Shown piece by piece: positions 31,548 to 40,147 of a DNA stretch of 64,000 bases. Source of the stretch: an uncultured Planctomycetia bacterium (GTDB taxonomy: Bacteria > Planctomycetota > UBA8108); the NCBI GenBank assembly GCA_964615885.1, contig CAZTRG010000149.1, positions 2,903 to 66,902 on the forward strand, written 5' to 3'. Within the stretch, counting starts at the first letter, position 1. Each line of letters begins with the position of its first letter. The translations under genes were made by a program, and so were the position numbers. The notes beneath the pieces were generated by a model. That model saw only the letters and a program-made list of their open reading frames with translations. It was not told where the DNA came from and did no database searches.

Positions 31548-33584
31548 ATGAGGGTTGGACACCGTCTGCTGTCGGTTATTTCGTTTGCGATCTTTTTCAC
31601 CATGGCAGCCTCGCTGCTGACAGCCGAAGATCTTCCACAGGCAGGCTACCGCCTGCAGCCGCGGGAGCCATCGGCACAATACAGGCTGGTCAAACCCCGG
31701 CCCAGGATCCTCTCACGTGGAAGAAACGCCACGGTCACTTCCCTGAGCGCCCGCCAGCAGCAGGTGCTTAGTGCCATGAACCGTCGTGACGGTGATGGTG
31801 GAGGCGCGGACGTCAGCAGCCTCCAGGCCATCCAGTTTTACTATGCTGAATCTTCCTGTGCAGATGCAGATTCTGAGCTGTACAAGGAGGACTGTGGTGG
31901 AGAACCCTGTAATGTCATCGGCCTGCGCTGGGAGGAATCAATCCCCGCCAACTCCGATGGAGTCCTGCTCTTTGTCGATGATGAGCAATTCGGAGATCCG
32001 GTCACCGGGATCCTCCCCGACATTCTCGAAACCGGCAACAATATCAACGGGCTGAACCTCATCGGGCTTGAACCCGGCGAGCATTTCATCCGCATCGAAG
32101 AGCTCAACAACGGCACCCTTGAAGAATTGAGCCTGATCGTTTTCGACGCACCTCCATTTCCCGATGAAACCCACGACCTCAGCACTATCCAGTGCGGCCA
32201 GGCGGAGATCAACGGCAGCTGTGGGCTGGGGGTTACCTTCGGGGCGAATATCGGTGCAGACAACTACCTCGTCTACCTCAATGGAGAGCTGATGAACGAG
32301 GACATCAACGACATCGTCCTGCCTCCCGGAATCATTTTCGGAGGCTTGAACTCGGGCCAGGAATACTGTGTCAGCCTGCAGCCTGAGTGGAGGTCACCCG
32401 AGGCGGTCGGCGATGTACTTTACCTCGGCTGCGTACAGCAGGGCGCCTGCTGTACCATCAACTGTGAGGCCGACCAGTGCAATCCGGTTGCCGGCCTCGA
32501 GATCTGCCAGACCGGCTACAGTGAGGAGGACGGCCTGGCGGAGGTCGAGATCGTGTGGCGCAATATGGAAGCAGCCTACGGCGGCGGGATCAACCTCAGG
32601 ATCGATGAGGACATCCTCGGTACCGGCCCCGTAACCTTCCCCTTCGATCCGGTCGGAGGACAGAACCCCAACCGCGTGATGCTCTCGGGTGTACCCAATA
32701 TGGAGATGAACATCGGCATCCAGGGACTCTGTACCACCCCCCTGGAGGCGAGTGATTTCAACGAGCTGGCGGTCACCGTGCTGCCCTCAAGCCCCTACAC
32801 CGATCCGGTCGAAGGCGATGCTGTCTGTTCCTACGACCCCTCGGGCAACGGAGCAACGACTGCCCGGTGGACCAATACCGGGTATTACAAATCCCTCGAT
32901 GTCTACGTCCTGCCGGCCGGAGAATTGAACCCGGTTTATTCAGACACCATAAGAGGAATCCAGGTCAGCGAGGCTACGATCCGGGGAACCGCTCCGGGCG
33001 ACAGGCTTGTCCTCCAGTTCTTCCGAAACATGGACGGTGGCTGCTACGGCTCAGAGAAGATCCTCTGTATCCAGTCAGCTGACGGCGACGAAGACGGGAT
33101 CCTCGACAACCTGGATAATTGCCCGGTTGTTTCCAACGCCGGACAGGAAGACAGCGATGGCGACGGGGTCGGTGATGAATGCGACAACTGCATCAATTCA
33201 GCCAACCCGAACCAGGCCGACGAAAACGGTAACGGGATCGGGGATGCCTGTGAAGCATCGGAAACGCTTTATTTCGTTCGTTCCGTCTGCCGCAACGGGA
33301 ACACCAATCCGCAGCTCAGCGATGCAGTCTACCTGCTCAACTTCCTCTTCACTGGCGGTGAGGAACCCAATTGCAAGGCGGCCTGCGATACAGATGGAGA
33401 TAGCAGGATCGGACTGACTGATTCGGTCCAGGTGCTCCAGTTCCTGTTCCTCGGTGGAGTTCCTCCCGTAACCTGGGATGGACCCAACCCGATCTGTGAA
33501 ACCTTTGAGCGGGACACCCCGAGCTTCGGGCTGGGCTGCGAAGAGTCCAACAGCTCCTGTTCGAAACCAGGCCGGGTCAACTAG
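31548..33584 (+). CDS. Secreted protein with thrombospondin type-3 (TSP3) Ca-binding repeats and C-terminal dockerin-like repeats
   Basis: Signal peptide (MRVGHRLLSVISFAIFFTMAASLLTA). TSP3 repeats DGDEDGILDNLDNCPVVSNAGQEDSDGDGVGDECDNCINSANPNQADENGNGIGDAC. Dockerin-like CDTDGDSRIGLTDSVQVLQFLFLGG. Confidence 0.65.
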   Translation: MRVGHRLLSVISFAIFFTMAASLLTAEDLPQAGYRLQPREPSAQYRLVKPRPRILSRGRNATVTSLSARQQQVLSAMNRRDGDGGGADVSSLQAIQFYYAESSCADADSELYKEDCGGEPCNVIGLRWEESIPANSDGVLLFVDDEQFGDPVTGILPDILETGNNINGLNLIGLEPGEHFIRIEELNNGTLEELSLIVFDAPPFPDETHDLSTIQCGQAEINGSCGLGVTFGANIGADNYLVYLNGELMNEDINDIVLPPGIIFGGLNSGQEYCVSLQPEWRSPEAVGDVLYLGCVQQGACCTINCEADQCNPVAGLEICQTGYSEEDGLAEVEIVWRNMEAAYGGGINLRIDEDILGTGPVTFPFDPVGGQNPNRVMLSGVPNMEMNIGIQGLCTTPLEASDFNELAVTVLPSSPYTDPVEGDAVCSYDPSGNGATTARWTNTGYYKSLDVYVLPAGELNPVYSDTIRGIQVSEATIRGTAPGDRLVLQFFRNMDGGCYGSEKILCIQSADGDEDGILDNLDNCPVVSNAGQEDSDGDGVGDECDNCINSANPNQADENGNGIGDACEASETLYFVRSVCRNGNTNPQLSDAVYLLNFLFTGGEEPNCKAACDTDGDSRIGLTDSVQVLQFLFLGGVPPVTWDGPNPICETFERDTPSFGLGCEESNSSCSKPGRVN

Positions 33585-33618
33585 GCCGGCATCACCATAT
33601 TCCTGGAATCAACGAGGT

Positions 33619-33656
33619 CCCTGCCCGGCGGCTCATTGCCCGGGCAGGGGTTTTTT
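33619..33656 (+). terminator. Rho-independent terminator (hairpin CCCTGCCCGG / CCGGGCAGGG plus T6) between convergent genes
   Basis: 10-bp perfect stem 33619-33628 / 33640-33649 followed by TTTTTT 33651-33656. Abuts the stop codon of the minus-strand gene 33655..34209. Confidence 0.8.
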
Positions 33657-34209
33657 ATTTCGCAGGAGAACCGGATACCCCCCGGGCCTCCCAGATCACC
33701 TCGGCCCGCAAGACACGGCCGGTCACTGGCAGGCCCTTGTCGACCTCCTCGTCAAGAATCACGGCCTGCGCGCAAACCCCCGGCGGAAGAAAGCCGGCCT
33801 TGAGCGGCAACTTCCCGGGAGCTTCTGCCAGGTCCTCCCGGCTCCAGGCCAGGACGATTCCTCCGTGTGAACCGGGCCCCCTGACCCTGACTCTCCGGCT
33901 GGAGATCCTGCTGACTGCGATACCGGTCCAGACCAGGGGAGGAGACAGGTCTCCCGCAAACAGGGCTGCCAGGCCCAGCTCGTTGACCCCGACAGCTGCC
34001 TTCGTGCCAAGCAAGGCCTCCGCCTCCGCAAGGGCCTCTGCACAGCGGACCTTTTCACCCTGCTCACCCCCCATCCGCCCATGGAGCCCATCGACCATTC
34101 CCTGGGCCAGCTGCAGGCAGCCCTCCAGGGCCTCTCCGCCGCCGGGCCGCCAGGCAGCAGGAAGCTGCCCGGCAATCATGAGCTGATCAGAGCTTTCCGT
34201 CCGCCTCAT
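33655..34209 (-). CDS. Phage P2 gpI-like / TssG-like baseplate wedge protein (CIS component)
   Basis: 184 aa, immediately downstream of and overlapping (ATGA) the gpJ-like gene. Weak similarity to tail protein I (LLP..., ...GT.aAv motifs). Assignment mostly by conserved J-I gene order. Confidence 0.4.
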   Translation of the reverse strand: MRRTESSDQLMIAGQLPAAWRPGGGEALEGCLQLAQGMVDGLHGRMGGEQGEKVRCAEALAEAEALLGTKAAVGVNELGLAALFAGDLSPPLVWTGIAVSRISSRRVRVRGPGSHGGIVLAWSREDLAEAPGKLPLKAGFLPPGVCAQAVILDEEVDKGLPVTGRVLRAEVIWEARGVSGSPAK

Positions 34210-36542
34210 GAGTGGCTCCTGTCTTCGACTGCAGGTTCATCGACCACCTGCTCACACTCAATTTCAACGCCCTCAAGAACACCCACAGCGATGGGAAGGT
34301 CAAGGGCAACGGCAGAATCCAGCGATGATTCCACCCGCAACGTGAACCCGGCTTGCCCGCCGGCCTCACGGAGGATTTCTCCTGCAACAGCACGAACCTG
34401 CTCGCCCCCTAGCTCTGTCACCAGGGGGCACCCCTTCCCTGCTCTTCCACCGCTAAGGGGGTCCAGGTAGCTCTGCAGGCAGGAGGCGAGCCGCTCTCCC
34501 AACCGGGAGACGTCCCGGGCTGCCTCCCCGCTGCGGTCTGTCACACCGAGGTAAACCTTGAAGGGAATCCGCATGGGCTCGACGACCTGGACAACCGTTC
34601 CAAGAGGGACCCTTCGCTGCAGGTAACGCTGCAGCGCTCCCAGGCGCCGGGCTCCCAGTGGCTCAAAACAGGACCCGGCATCAGCCTGCGCAAGGACTGC
34701 TCCCCAGGCAACGACCCAGACCTCCGATGGGCGAAGCGGATGCGCAACGACCTCTATCCTCGAAAGCGATGGATCAAGCTTGCGCAGCAGCCTGTCATAA
34801 TCAGCTCCGCTGACCAGCGTCCCACCGTCGGACTGTTCGGCTGCGAGCCGGCGGTAGAAATGGGCTCCGTTCTCACCCTCCGATCCATCCAGGACCGGAA
34901 CCGGCTGCGAAATGCGCTCGAGACCTTCCACCTCCAGCTCGAGAACATCCAGGCTGTCACGAGGCATGCTCCCTGCCCGGCCGATCCCTGTCCGCAAGCC
35001 CTCGATGCTGGCCTTCACCGGCCCATCGAGAGCCATCCCTGCTATCACCTCTACCTCACCACCGGATTTTCTGCGCAGGCAAAAGCCCTCCGGACCGGGG
35101 GCACCCGTGCCCTCCTCCAGCCTGAGAGTTTTCCAGCCACCTTCGAGGGACAGCTGCAGAGAATCAAAGGGCTCGAAATCGCCTTCCGGATGAGGCGGCA
35201 GCTCCGCCACCGAGCTCCTGAACTGGAGGCTTGCAGGCTGGCTTCCGACCCTGCGGCCCTCGACCACCTCAACTGCACCGGGAACCAGTGTCCTGACCAG
35301 TGCCGGGCTGAAATAGAAGCCGCTGGACCAGCAGGCCCGCACCCAGTAAAGGTCCCTGCCGAAGAGTCTCCTGCGACTCCAGCCCTGCGGCGCCTGCCAG
35401 GATACCGTTCCACTTCCTGTAAAGGCCCGGGTGCCATCGGCCACCTCCAGCTCCCGGAAGGAGTCCTCACAGGAAAACTCCCATTCCAGCCCCGGCCGTC
35501 CGTTCTCCAGGCCGGCCCCGATTCCACCTGAGAGCCAGTACAGGCTGGCCGGCTGCGGTTGATCCCAACCAAGATAGACTGCCGGTGAGTGGCGCTGTGA
35601 CATCGTCCCCAGCTCAAGACCGCCATCGCCAGAGAAGGAATGATCCTGCCACGAATCTCCCGAATGGATGAAAAGGCGCGCAGGGGGACGATCGACAAGC
35701 TTCTTCTGTTTTGATTTCCTGTCTCGCCTCAGGAGCCAGACCACCGTTGGAGTTGCCAGCGAAACAGGGGCTCTCCTGGGCAGTCGAAGACGGATCCATG
35801 GAGAGTCGAAGCCCTCGATCTCGCGGCTTGTCATATCCGGCAGGGGACCATGGATTCTCATGCGCAGCAGGGGTTCGCCTGCGATATTGCAGCTCTGGCT
35901 GAAATCAACCGGCAGCAGCCTCCAGCCGGCACCGCAGGAATACTCCCATTCGCCTTCCAGCACCGCCTGCGGCGTACCCGGCCACTCGAGTACCAGCTCG
36001 GCCTTGTGGCGCCTGAGCTGATCCCACTCGGCATCGCCGAGATAGAGATGATGGTGGAGCCGGTCAGAGCCGAAGAGCCTGACAGGAGCTTCCCCTTCTC
36101 CATCGACGGGAAGCTGCCGGGCCAGGTCTCCCTCGAGCACCACTGCATGCTCCAGGCGGGCCGTGGAAACCCAGCCATCCGCTGCTGTCTCAAAGTAGAC
36201 CCGTCCCTCCGCAGCTGTCTTGCGGGAGGCGGTTAGAGCTGTTGCCGCCGGAACCTTTACGGCCCCCTGCAGCCCTTCGCCCGGATGGAATTTGACCGCC
36301 GAGCTTGCGGCAAGCGGCCAGGAGGGCTCGTGACCGAGCTCCGCCAGCAGGCGTGGCAGGATACGCCCGGTACTTTCAGCCAGCTCACCCTCCAGGCGGG
36401 CAAGCACAACAGCAAAGCTCTCCAGCACGGCCCGGGCAGGATCCCCGGGTCCCCGGGCCGCCCAGTCCGGAATGCGTGCAGCAGCAGCCCTCTCGAGCTC
36501 CCGAAGAGCTTCCCGTTCCCGGCCGTCCTGGGGGTCCTGCAT
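34206..36542 (-). CDS. Baseplate J-like protein (P2 gpJ / T4 gp6 / TssF-like) of a contractile injection system
   Basis: N-terminal Baseplate_J-like region (DPARAVLESFAVVLARLEGEL..., FETAADGWVSTARL). Size 778-790 aa typical for Afp11/Pvc11-like proteins. Start ambiguous: GTG 36578 (ORF track), ATG 36566, or ATG 36542 (chosen, GGTGGAG RBS, no overlap with gp25). Confidence 0.7.
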   Translation of the reverse strand: MQDPQDGREREALRELERAAAARIPDWAARGPGDPARAVLESFAVVLARLEGELAESTGRILPRLLAELGHEPSWPLAASSAVKFHPGEGLQGAVKVPAATALTASRKTAAEGRVYFETAADGWVSTARLEHAVVLEGDLARQLPVDGEGEAPVRLFGSDRLHHHLYLGDAEWDQLRRHKAELVLEWPGTPQAVLEGEWEYSCGAGWRLLPVDFSQSCNIAGEPLLRMRIHGPLPDMTSREIEGFDSPWIRLRLPRRAPVSLATPTVVWLLRRDRKSKQKKLVDRPPARLFIHSGDSWQDHSFSGDGGLELGTMSQRHSPAVYLGWDQPQPASLYWLSGGIGAGLENGRPGLEWEFSCEDSFRELEVADGTRAFTGSGTVSWQAPQGWSRRRLFGRDLYWVRACWSSGFYFSPALVRTLVPGAVEVVEGRRVGSQPASLQFRSSVAELPPHPEGDFEPFDSLQLSLEGGWKTLRLEEGTGAPGPEGFCLRRKSGGEVEVIAGMALDGPVKASIEGLRTGIGRAGSMPRDSLDVLELEVEGLERISQPVPVLDGSEGENGAHFYRRLAAEQSDGGTLVSGADYDRLLRKLDPSLSRIEVVAHPLRPSEVWVVAWGAVLAQADAGSCFEPLGARRLGALQRYLQRRVPLGTVVQVVEPMRIPFKVYLGVTDRSGEAARDVSRLGERLASCLQSYLDPLSGGRAGKGCPLVTELGGEQVRAVAGEILREAGGQAGFTLRVESSLDSAVALDLPIAVGVLEGVEIECEQVVDEPAVEDRSHS

Positions 36543-36555
36543 ATTCTCCACCGAT

Positions 36556-36918
36556 TCAGCGCACATTGTTTTTCTCACCCTGGAGGCTGAAGGTTAAATT
36601 CATCAAGCCCCCCCCGCCCTCCAGGCTCACCTGGATTTTCCCGTCCCCGGCAGCCAGTATTTTCACCCGGCGAACTCCGGCCCAGGGGGCCCACTCACCC
36701 AGGGCCTCTTCAATAAAAACCGCGGCGAGCTGCCGCTCATGCTGTGTTTCAATTTTCCCCATGCTGTGTACCCGGCACCCGAAGGAAGGCAGCAGCGGAC
36801 GCTCTCCAGGCTGAACCTCAAGAATAAGCCGCAACCTCTCTTCCACCAGCCGGCCGTCTGCTTCCAGCTCCCGGGTCCCTGCGAAGAAGGCGTCCACGGT
36901 CTCAACCCTGCCGACCAT
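36556..36918 (-). CDS. gp25/GPW-like baseplate wedge protein (TssE/Afp9-like)
   Basis: MVGRVETVD...ILEVQPGERPLLPSFGCRVHS...IEEALGEWAP matches the GPW_gp25 signature. ATG at 36916-36918 with AGGGAGGTG RBS. The longer ORF-track N-terminus (to 37383) overlaps the hub gene in another frame and is artefactual. Confidence 0.8.
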   Translation of the reverse strand: MVGRVETVDAFFAGTRELEADGRLVEERLRLILEVQPGERPLLPSFGCRVHSMGKIETQHERQLAAVFIEEALGEWAPWAGVRRVKILAAGDGKIQVSLEGGGGLMNLTFSLQGEKNNVR

Positions 36919-37792
36919 CTTCACCTCCCTTCCAGCGCTCAAGATCGACACCGTTTTCGAGATAATCAACCCGGGTGCGGTAACCGAGCCTGTCCCAGCA
37001 ATGCCGCGCCCTGGCCACCCTGTAGCGCCCCACAGCCAGGCGACCCCGGCCCACGATGTCAAACTCCTGCAGCGGAAGCCAGCCGGGATCTCCGGCGAGC
37101 TCGAAGAAGCCGCCCTTACCCCGTGATGAATGCTCCTCGATGACAAATTCAAGCACACGGTCATCTGCGTACAGCACTCCTGCACAGGGGGGCAGGCCGG
37201 GAACATCGGCTCCAGCCGGCAAGCTCGCAGAGAAGTAGAGCCTGCCGGCGGTAACCGCAAGCTCATACCCGATCGCCCTCGCCCGCTGTCGCAGGAATTC
37301 CAGCCTTTCACCCGGGCATTCAACCAGCTCGAGGACCTCCGTGGTTGGCTCGACAGCCGGCTGCAGCCCCAGCTCACGGGCAAACATACCGGCCAGCTCC
37401 GAATCGCAGTGGTGGTAAAAAGTCTGCGGCTCGTGGAGAAGGGATGCTTCCCGCTGGTGGCAATGAGCCCTCAGCAATCCCACCGTTCCAGCACGGTCCC
37501 GCTTCAGTCCGCGGTCACGAATCCGGCCGCGGAAGAGGGGACCGGACGGCAACTCGATGACCAGCTCAGCGCCGGGAACCAGGGAGTCGAGCACCTCCTC
37601 CACTCCCGGAGAGGCGCCGTCGGCGGCAAATAAGATCTCCAGGTGGTCAAAGCCGTCGGCCTGGAGAAAAACCTCGCAGCCCAGGAGCGTCGTCCCGGAG
37701 GGGAGAACAGAGCAAACCGGCAGCTGCTGCTGGCCTGGAGCCAGCTGCAATCCGGAGGAGCTGGTTGGATAAACCCGTGTTTTCTCGATCAT
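36902..37792 (-). CDS. Phage late-control gpD / gp27-like baseplate hub protein (short, no recognisable gp5-like spike extension)
   Basis: 296 aa. C-terminal GRYRVARARHCWDRLGYRTRVDY fits the VgrG/gpD hub motif (GxYxVxxVxHxxxxxxYxNxF). Position between tube genes and gp25 is as in eCIS/P2. Confidence 0.55.
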   Translation of the reverse strand: MIEKTRVYPTSSSGLQLAPGQQQLPVCSVLPSGTTLLGCEVFLQADGFDHLEILFAADGASPGVEEVLDSLVPGAELVIELPSGPLFRGRIRDRGLKRDRAGTVGLLRAHCHQREASLLHEPQTFYHHCDSELAGMFARELGLQPAVEPTTEVLELVECPGERLEFLRQRARAIGYELAVTAGRLYFSASLPAGADVPGLPPCAGVLYADDRVLEFVIEEHSSRGKGGFFELAGDPGWLPLQEFDIVGRGRLAVGRYRVARARHCWDRLGYRTRVDYLENGVDLERWKGGEDGRQG

Positions 37793-37820
37793 GCGCTCAG
37801 CCCATCTGCTCTCGGCCTGT

Positions 37821-38234
37821 TCATCCTCTCATCTCCAGTCGAACCAGGCCGCGAACAGGAGTTCCATCGGGGTCGAAACGAACCCAGTCCTCCTCGATCC
37901 GGTCGATATAGCCTGTAAACCGAAAAGGTCCCCAGAGAAAAACGACCTTCGCAGGAGGGCCGCCCGGCGATTGCGGATCCATCCAGCCTTCGAGCTTCTC
38001 GGCAATCTCGCGCAGGTTCCGCTCATCCAGCGGACGACGGGTCGAGTCGAGGAAGAGCTCGGTTGAAAAACGTTCTTCGCAAGCACCGCTCAGCGCGGCC
38101 TGCATGCCCGCCGGGGCAAGCTGGTTTTTCTTCGAGAGTGAATACTTGGCCGGGTTCCAGTCAACCGTCACGGTCTCCATGCTGCCGAGATCGGTCAGCT
38201 CCGCCTTGACCAGTCCGTTCAGTTTTTCTTCCAT
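37821..38234 (-). CDS. Hypothetical CIS-associated protein (between tube and hub genes)
   Basis: 137 aa, overlaps the tube gene by 16 nt. Conserved-looking C-terminus VVFLWGPFRFTGYIDRIEEDWVRFDPDGTPVRGLVRLE. No family assigned. Confidence 0.35.
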   Translation of the reverse strand: MEEKLNGLVKAELTDLGSMETVTVDWNPAKYSLSKKNQLAPAGMQAALSGACEERFSTELFLDSTRRPLDERNLREIAEKLEGWMDPQSPGGPPAKVVFLWGPFRFTGYIDRIEEDWVRFDPDGTPVRGLVRLEMRG

Positions 38235-38638
38235 CTTAATCCTTCGTAGACGATCTCCAGTTTTTCGAGCGCGATCTCCGGGTCCCGTGCATCCAGTGGT
38301 GGGCCTTTCCAGCTGACCGCCAGGGCGCTGTGAAAACTCCAGCGCATGCTCTCCTTGCCATCCTCATCGAGGAGCACAACGGCGCCGCTGCGCGGCAGTG
38401 CATCCTGGTACCAGTTCCAGAGCTCCGCATCGCGGGTCAGGCCACGCTCGAGCACCAGCCTTCCTGTCGAGGGGCCATCCTCAAAGAACTCGACCCTGTC
38501 GGAGCCGCCTTCGCGGTACTCCAGGACCTCGCGACTGCTCTCGAGTCCCGAGCAGCTGACAAAACCAGCCGTCGAAACCCCCTCGAGCTCGAGATCAAAG
38601 CGATCACCTCTCAGCAATTCCTTCAGCAGCACTCTCAT
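38219..38638 (-). CDS. Contractile-system tube protein, T4 gp19 / Hcp-like (Afp5/tube-initiator-like)
   Basis: FDLELEGVSTAGFVSCSGLESSREVLEYREGG...GRLVLERGLTRDAELWNW matches the conserved phage-tail-region tube signature. GGGAGA RBS. Confidence 0.8.
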   Translation of the reverse strand: MRVLLKELLRGDRFDLELEGVSTAGFVSCSGLESSREVLEYREGGSDRVEFFEDGPSTGRLVLERGLTRDAELWNWYQDALPRSGAVVLLDEDGKESMRWSFHSALAVSWKGPPLDARDPEIALEKLEIVYEGLRWKKN

Positions 38639-38665
38639 GCCTGGAATCTCCCTGTGCGAAAAGCT

Positions 38666-39175
38666 TTATTCACCGGCAACCTCTCCATCGCTGACCCGCT
38701 CCAGCCTCTCGACTACCAGCTCCAGGGTCTCAATACTGATTTCTTCTCCGCTTATATCCAGCAGGGGCCCCTCGTAACGGCAAGGCCAGGCAGCGTAAAA
38801 GTTCCACCTGGCCGTCTCTCTCAGGGCCGCATCCAGCAGCACGATCGAGCCGTTGCGGAGATCCTCTTCCCCCTCCTCAATACCTTTGCGCCAGAGGTAA
38901 AATGCATCGGAGGTCGTAACTCCCCTCTTGAGGAGGATATTGCCGTAGACGGCCCGCCCGGGAATCTGCATTGCTGTTGCCTGGTTACCTACCCTGTACT
39001 CCAGCACCTCTGAACGGGAAACCAGCCCGCTCACTTCACGAAAACTTCCGGCAAGGTCTCCGCCGCCTTCTCCAAGGCCATCGACCTCGACGAGAAAATT
39101 GCAGTTGGCGGTCAATTCGAAGGCCTGCCGCGACTGCTTCGGTTCAAGTTGTGTCCCTGGTTTCCTGATGACCAT
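38666..39175 (-). CDS. Contractile-system tube protein, T4 gp19 / Hcp-like (Afp1-like)
   Basis: FLVEVDGL...GSFREVSGLVSRSEVLEYRVGN...YGNILLKRGVTTSDAFYLWR matches the tube signature. Start codon overlaps the stop of the upstream gene (ATGA). Confidence 0.85.
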   Translation of the reverse strand: MVIRKPGTQLEPKQSRQAFELTANCNFLVEVDGLGEGGGDLAGSFREVSGLVSRSEVLEYRVGNQATAMQIPGRAVYGNILLKRGVTTSDAFYLWRKGIEEGEEDLRNGSIVLLDAALRETARWNFYAAWPCRYEGPLLDISGEEISIETLELVVERLERVSDGEVAGE

Positions 39176-40143
39176 CAGCTTACCGACTCCTCCAGGACAG
39201 CGCTGCCGGCAGGAAGAAGCTGTTCCACCTCGACCCCATCGCAGGTATCCATTCGCGTCCGAACAGCGATGGACAATCTGCGCTCAAAGCCCTCTGCCCC
39301 ATCCTCCGGGTCACCCACCAGCGACACCTTCAGCTCAAACCCCTTTCGAAAGGGCAGGAATCCATCGACGGCCAGGCTGTGAAGGAAAGCCCTCACCTCC
39401 CGCTCAAGCTTCCGCAGAAGAACCTCTGAGGCGTACTCGAATACTGTCCAGCGAGTCCCTGTCTCCAGTGAACGGCGAAGCCCCTGGCGGCGGCGCCAGG
39501 TCACCAGGGCACGCAGCTCATCGGGGAAGGGAAGAAGGTCTCCCTCCCCTCCGATCCCGCTGCGAATCGCCAGGCTTGACCTCTGGAGTGCAGAGGGTGT
39601 TCGAAGGGGGAAAAAGTCCCTGGCCTCCAGGCAGCCGGCAAGGCAGGCCGCCGAAGGTTTCCCGGGAACCTTTGCCTCCAGGACAGCCAGGTTAGGCAGC
39701 GGTCTCCGCAGGCAGGCTCCAGGCTCTCCACCAGCCTGCTGCCCGCTTCCTCCCACCACCTGGCAGCACAGCAGCAGCATTGGATGCTGCAATGCAAAAT
39801 CTTCAAGTAAGCCGGTTGCCTCGGGCCTCACCGGCGGCAGGACCACCGTACCGACCTCATCCCTGCCGGCCAGCTCGTACAAACCGGAGCACTCCCCGGG
39901 GGCTCCCGGCTCACCAAGCAGCTGCGAGAGGGCCTCCTCGTCAAGCACTCCATCCCTGTATCCGGCTTCGGTGGAGAGAGAGAGGGGCTCCAGGAGAAGC
40001 TCCAGCCCGCCTCCGCCGGTAAAGTCCTCCACCAGGGCTTTCTCCTGCGCAGCTGTTTCTTCCAGGCCCGGAGCTCTCAGCAGGACCATGGCAGTCTTGC
40101 CGCAGCCAGTCCAGGTCAGAGAACCCTGATGAGAAATCGACAT
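39175..40143 (-). CDS. Putative contractile sheath protein (short, about 322 aa)
   Basis: ATG at 40141-40143 with GGGGAGGAG RBS, 4 nt after the cap-gene stop. Position cap-X-tube-tube as in eCIS loci. C-terminus WTVFEYASEVLLRKLEREVRAFLHSLAVDGFL...FELKVSLVGD resembles the sheath C-terminal domain pattern (W.vFE...FL..L..G.L....F.v.cd). The first 106 codons of the ORF-track model are an out-of-frame overlap artefact. Confidence 0.45.
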   Translation of the reverse strand: MSISHQGSLTWTGCGKTAMVLLRAPGLEETAAQEKALVEDFTGGGGLELLLEPLSLSTEAGYRDGVLDEEALSQLLGEPGAPGECSGLYELAGRDEVGTVVLPPVRPEATGLLEDFALQHPMLLLCCQVVGGSGQQAGGEPGACLRRPLPNLAVLEAKVPGKPSAACLAGCLEARDFFPLRTPSALQRSSLAIRSGIGGEGDLLPFPDELRALVTWRRRQGLRRSLETGTRWTVFEYASEVLLRKLEREVRAFLHSLAVDGFLPFRKGFELKVSLVGDPEDGAEGFERRLSIAVRTRMDTCDGVEVEQLLPAGSAVLEESVS

Positions 40144-40147
40144 AATT

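Noticed and set aside
33759-34175. 138-aa ORF on the minus strand nested in a different frame inside the gpI-like gene.
   Set aside because: Arg/Pro/Trp-rich spurious frame. The 33655..34209 frame has the ATGA junction with gpJ and P2-I-like motifs.
36919-37383. N-terminal 155 codons of ORF 36556..37383 overlapping the hub gene.
   Set aside because: gp25 homology begins at MVGRV (ATG 36918, strong RBS). The upstream part is an out-of-frame overlap with gene 36902..37792.
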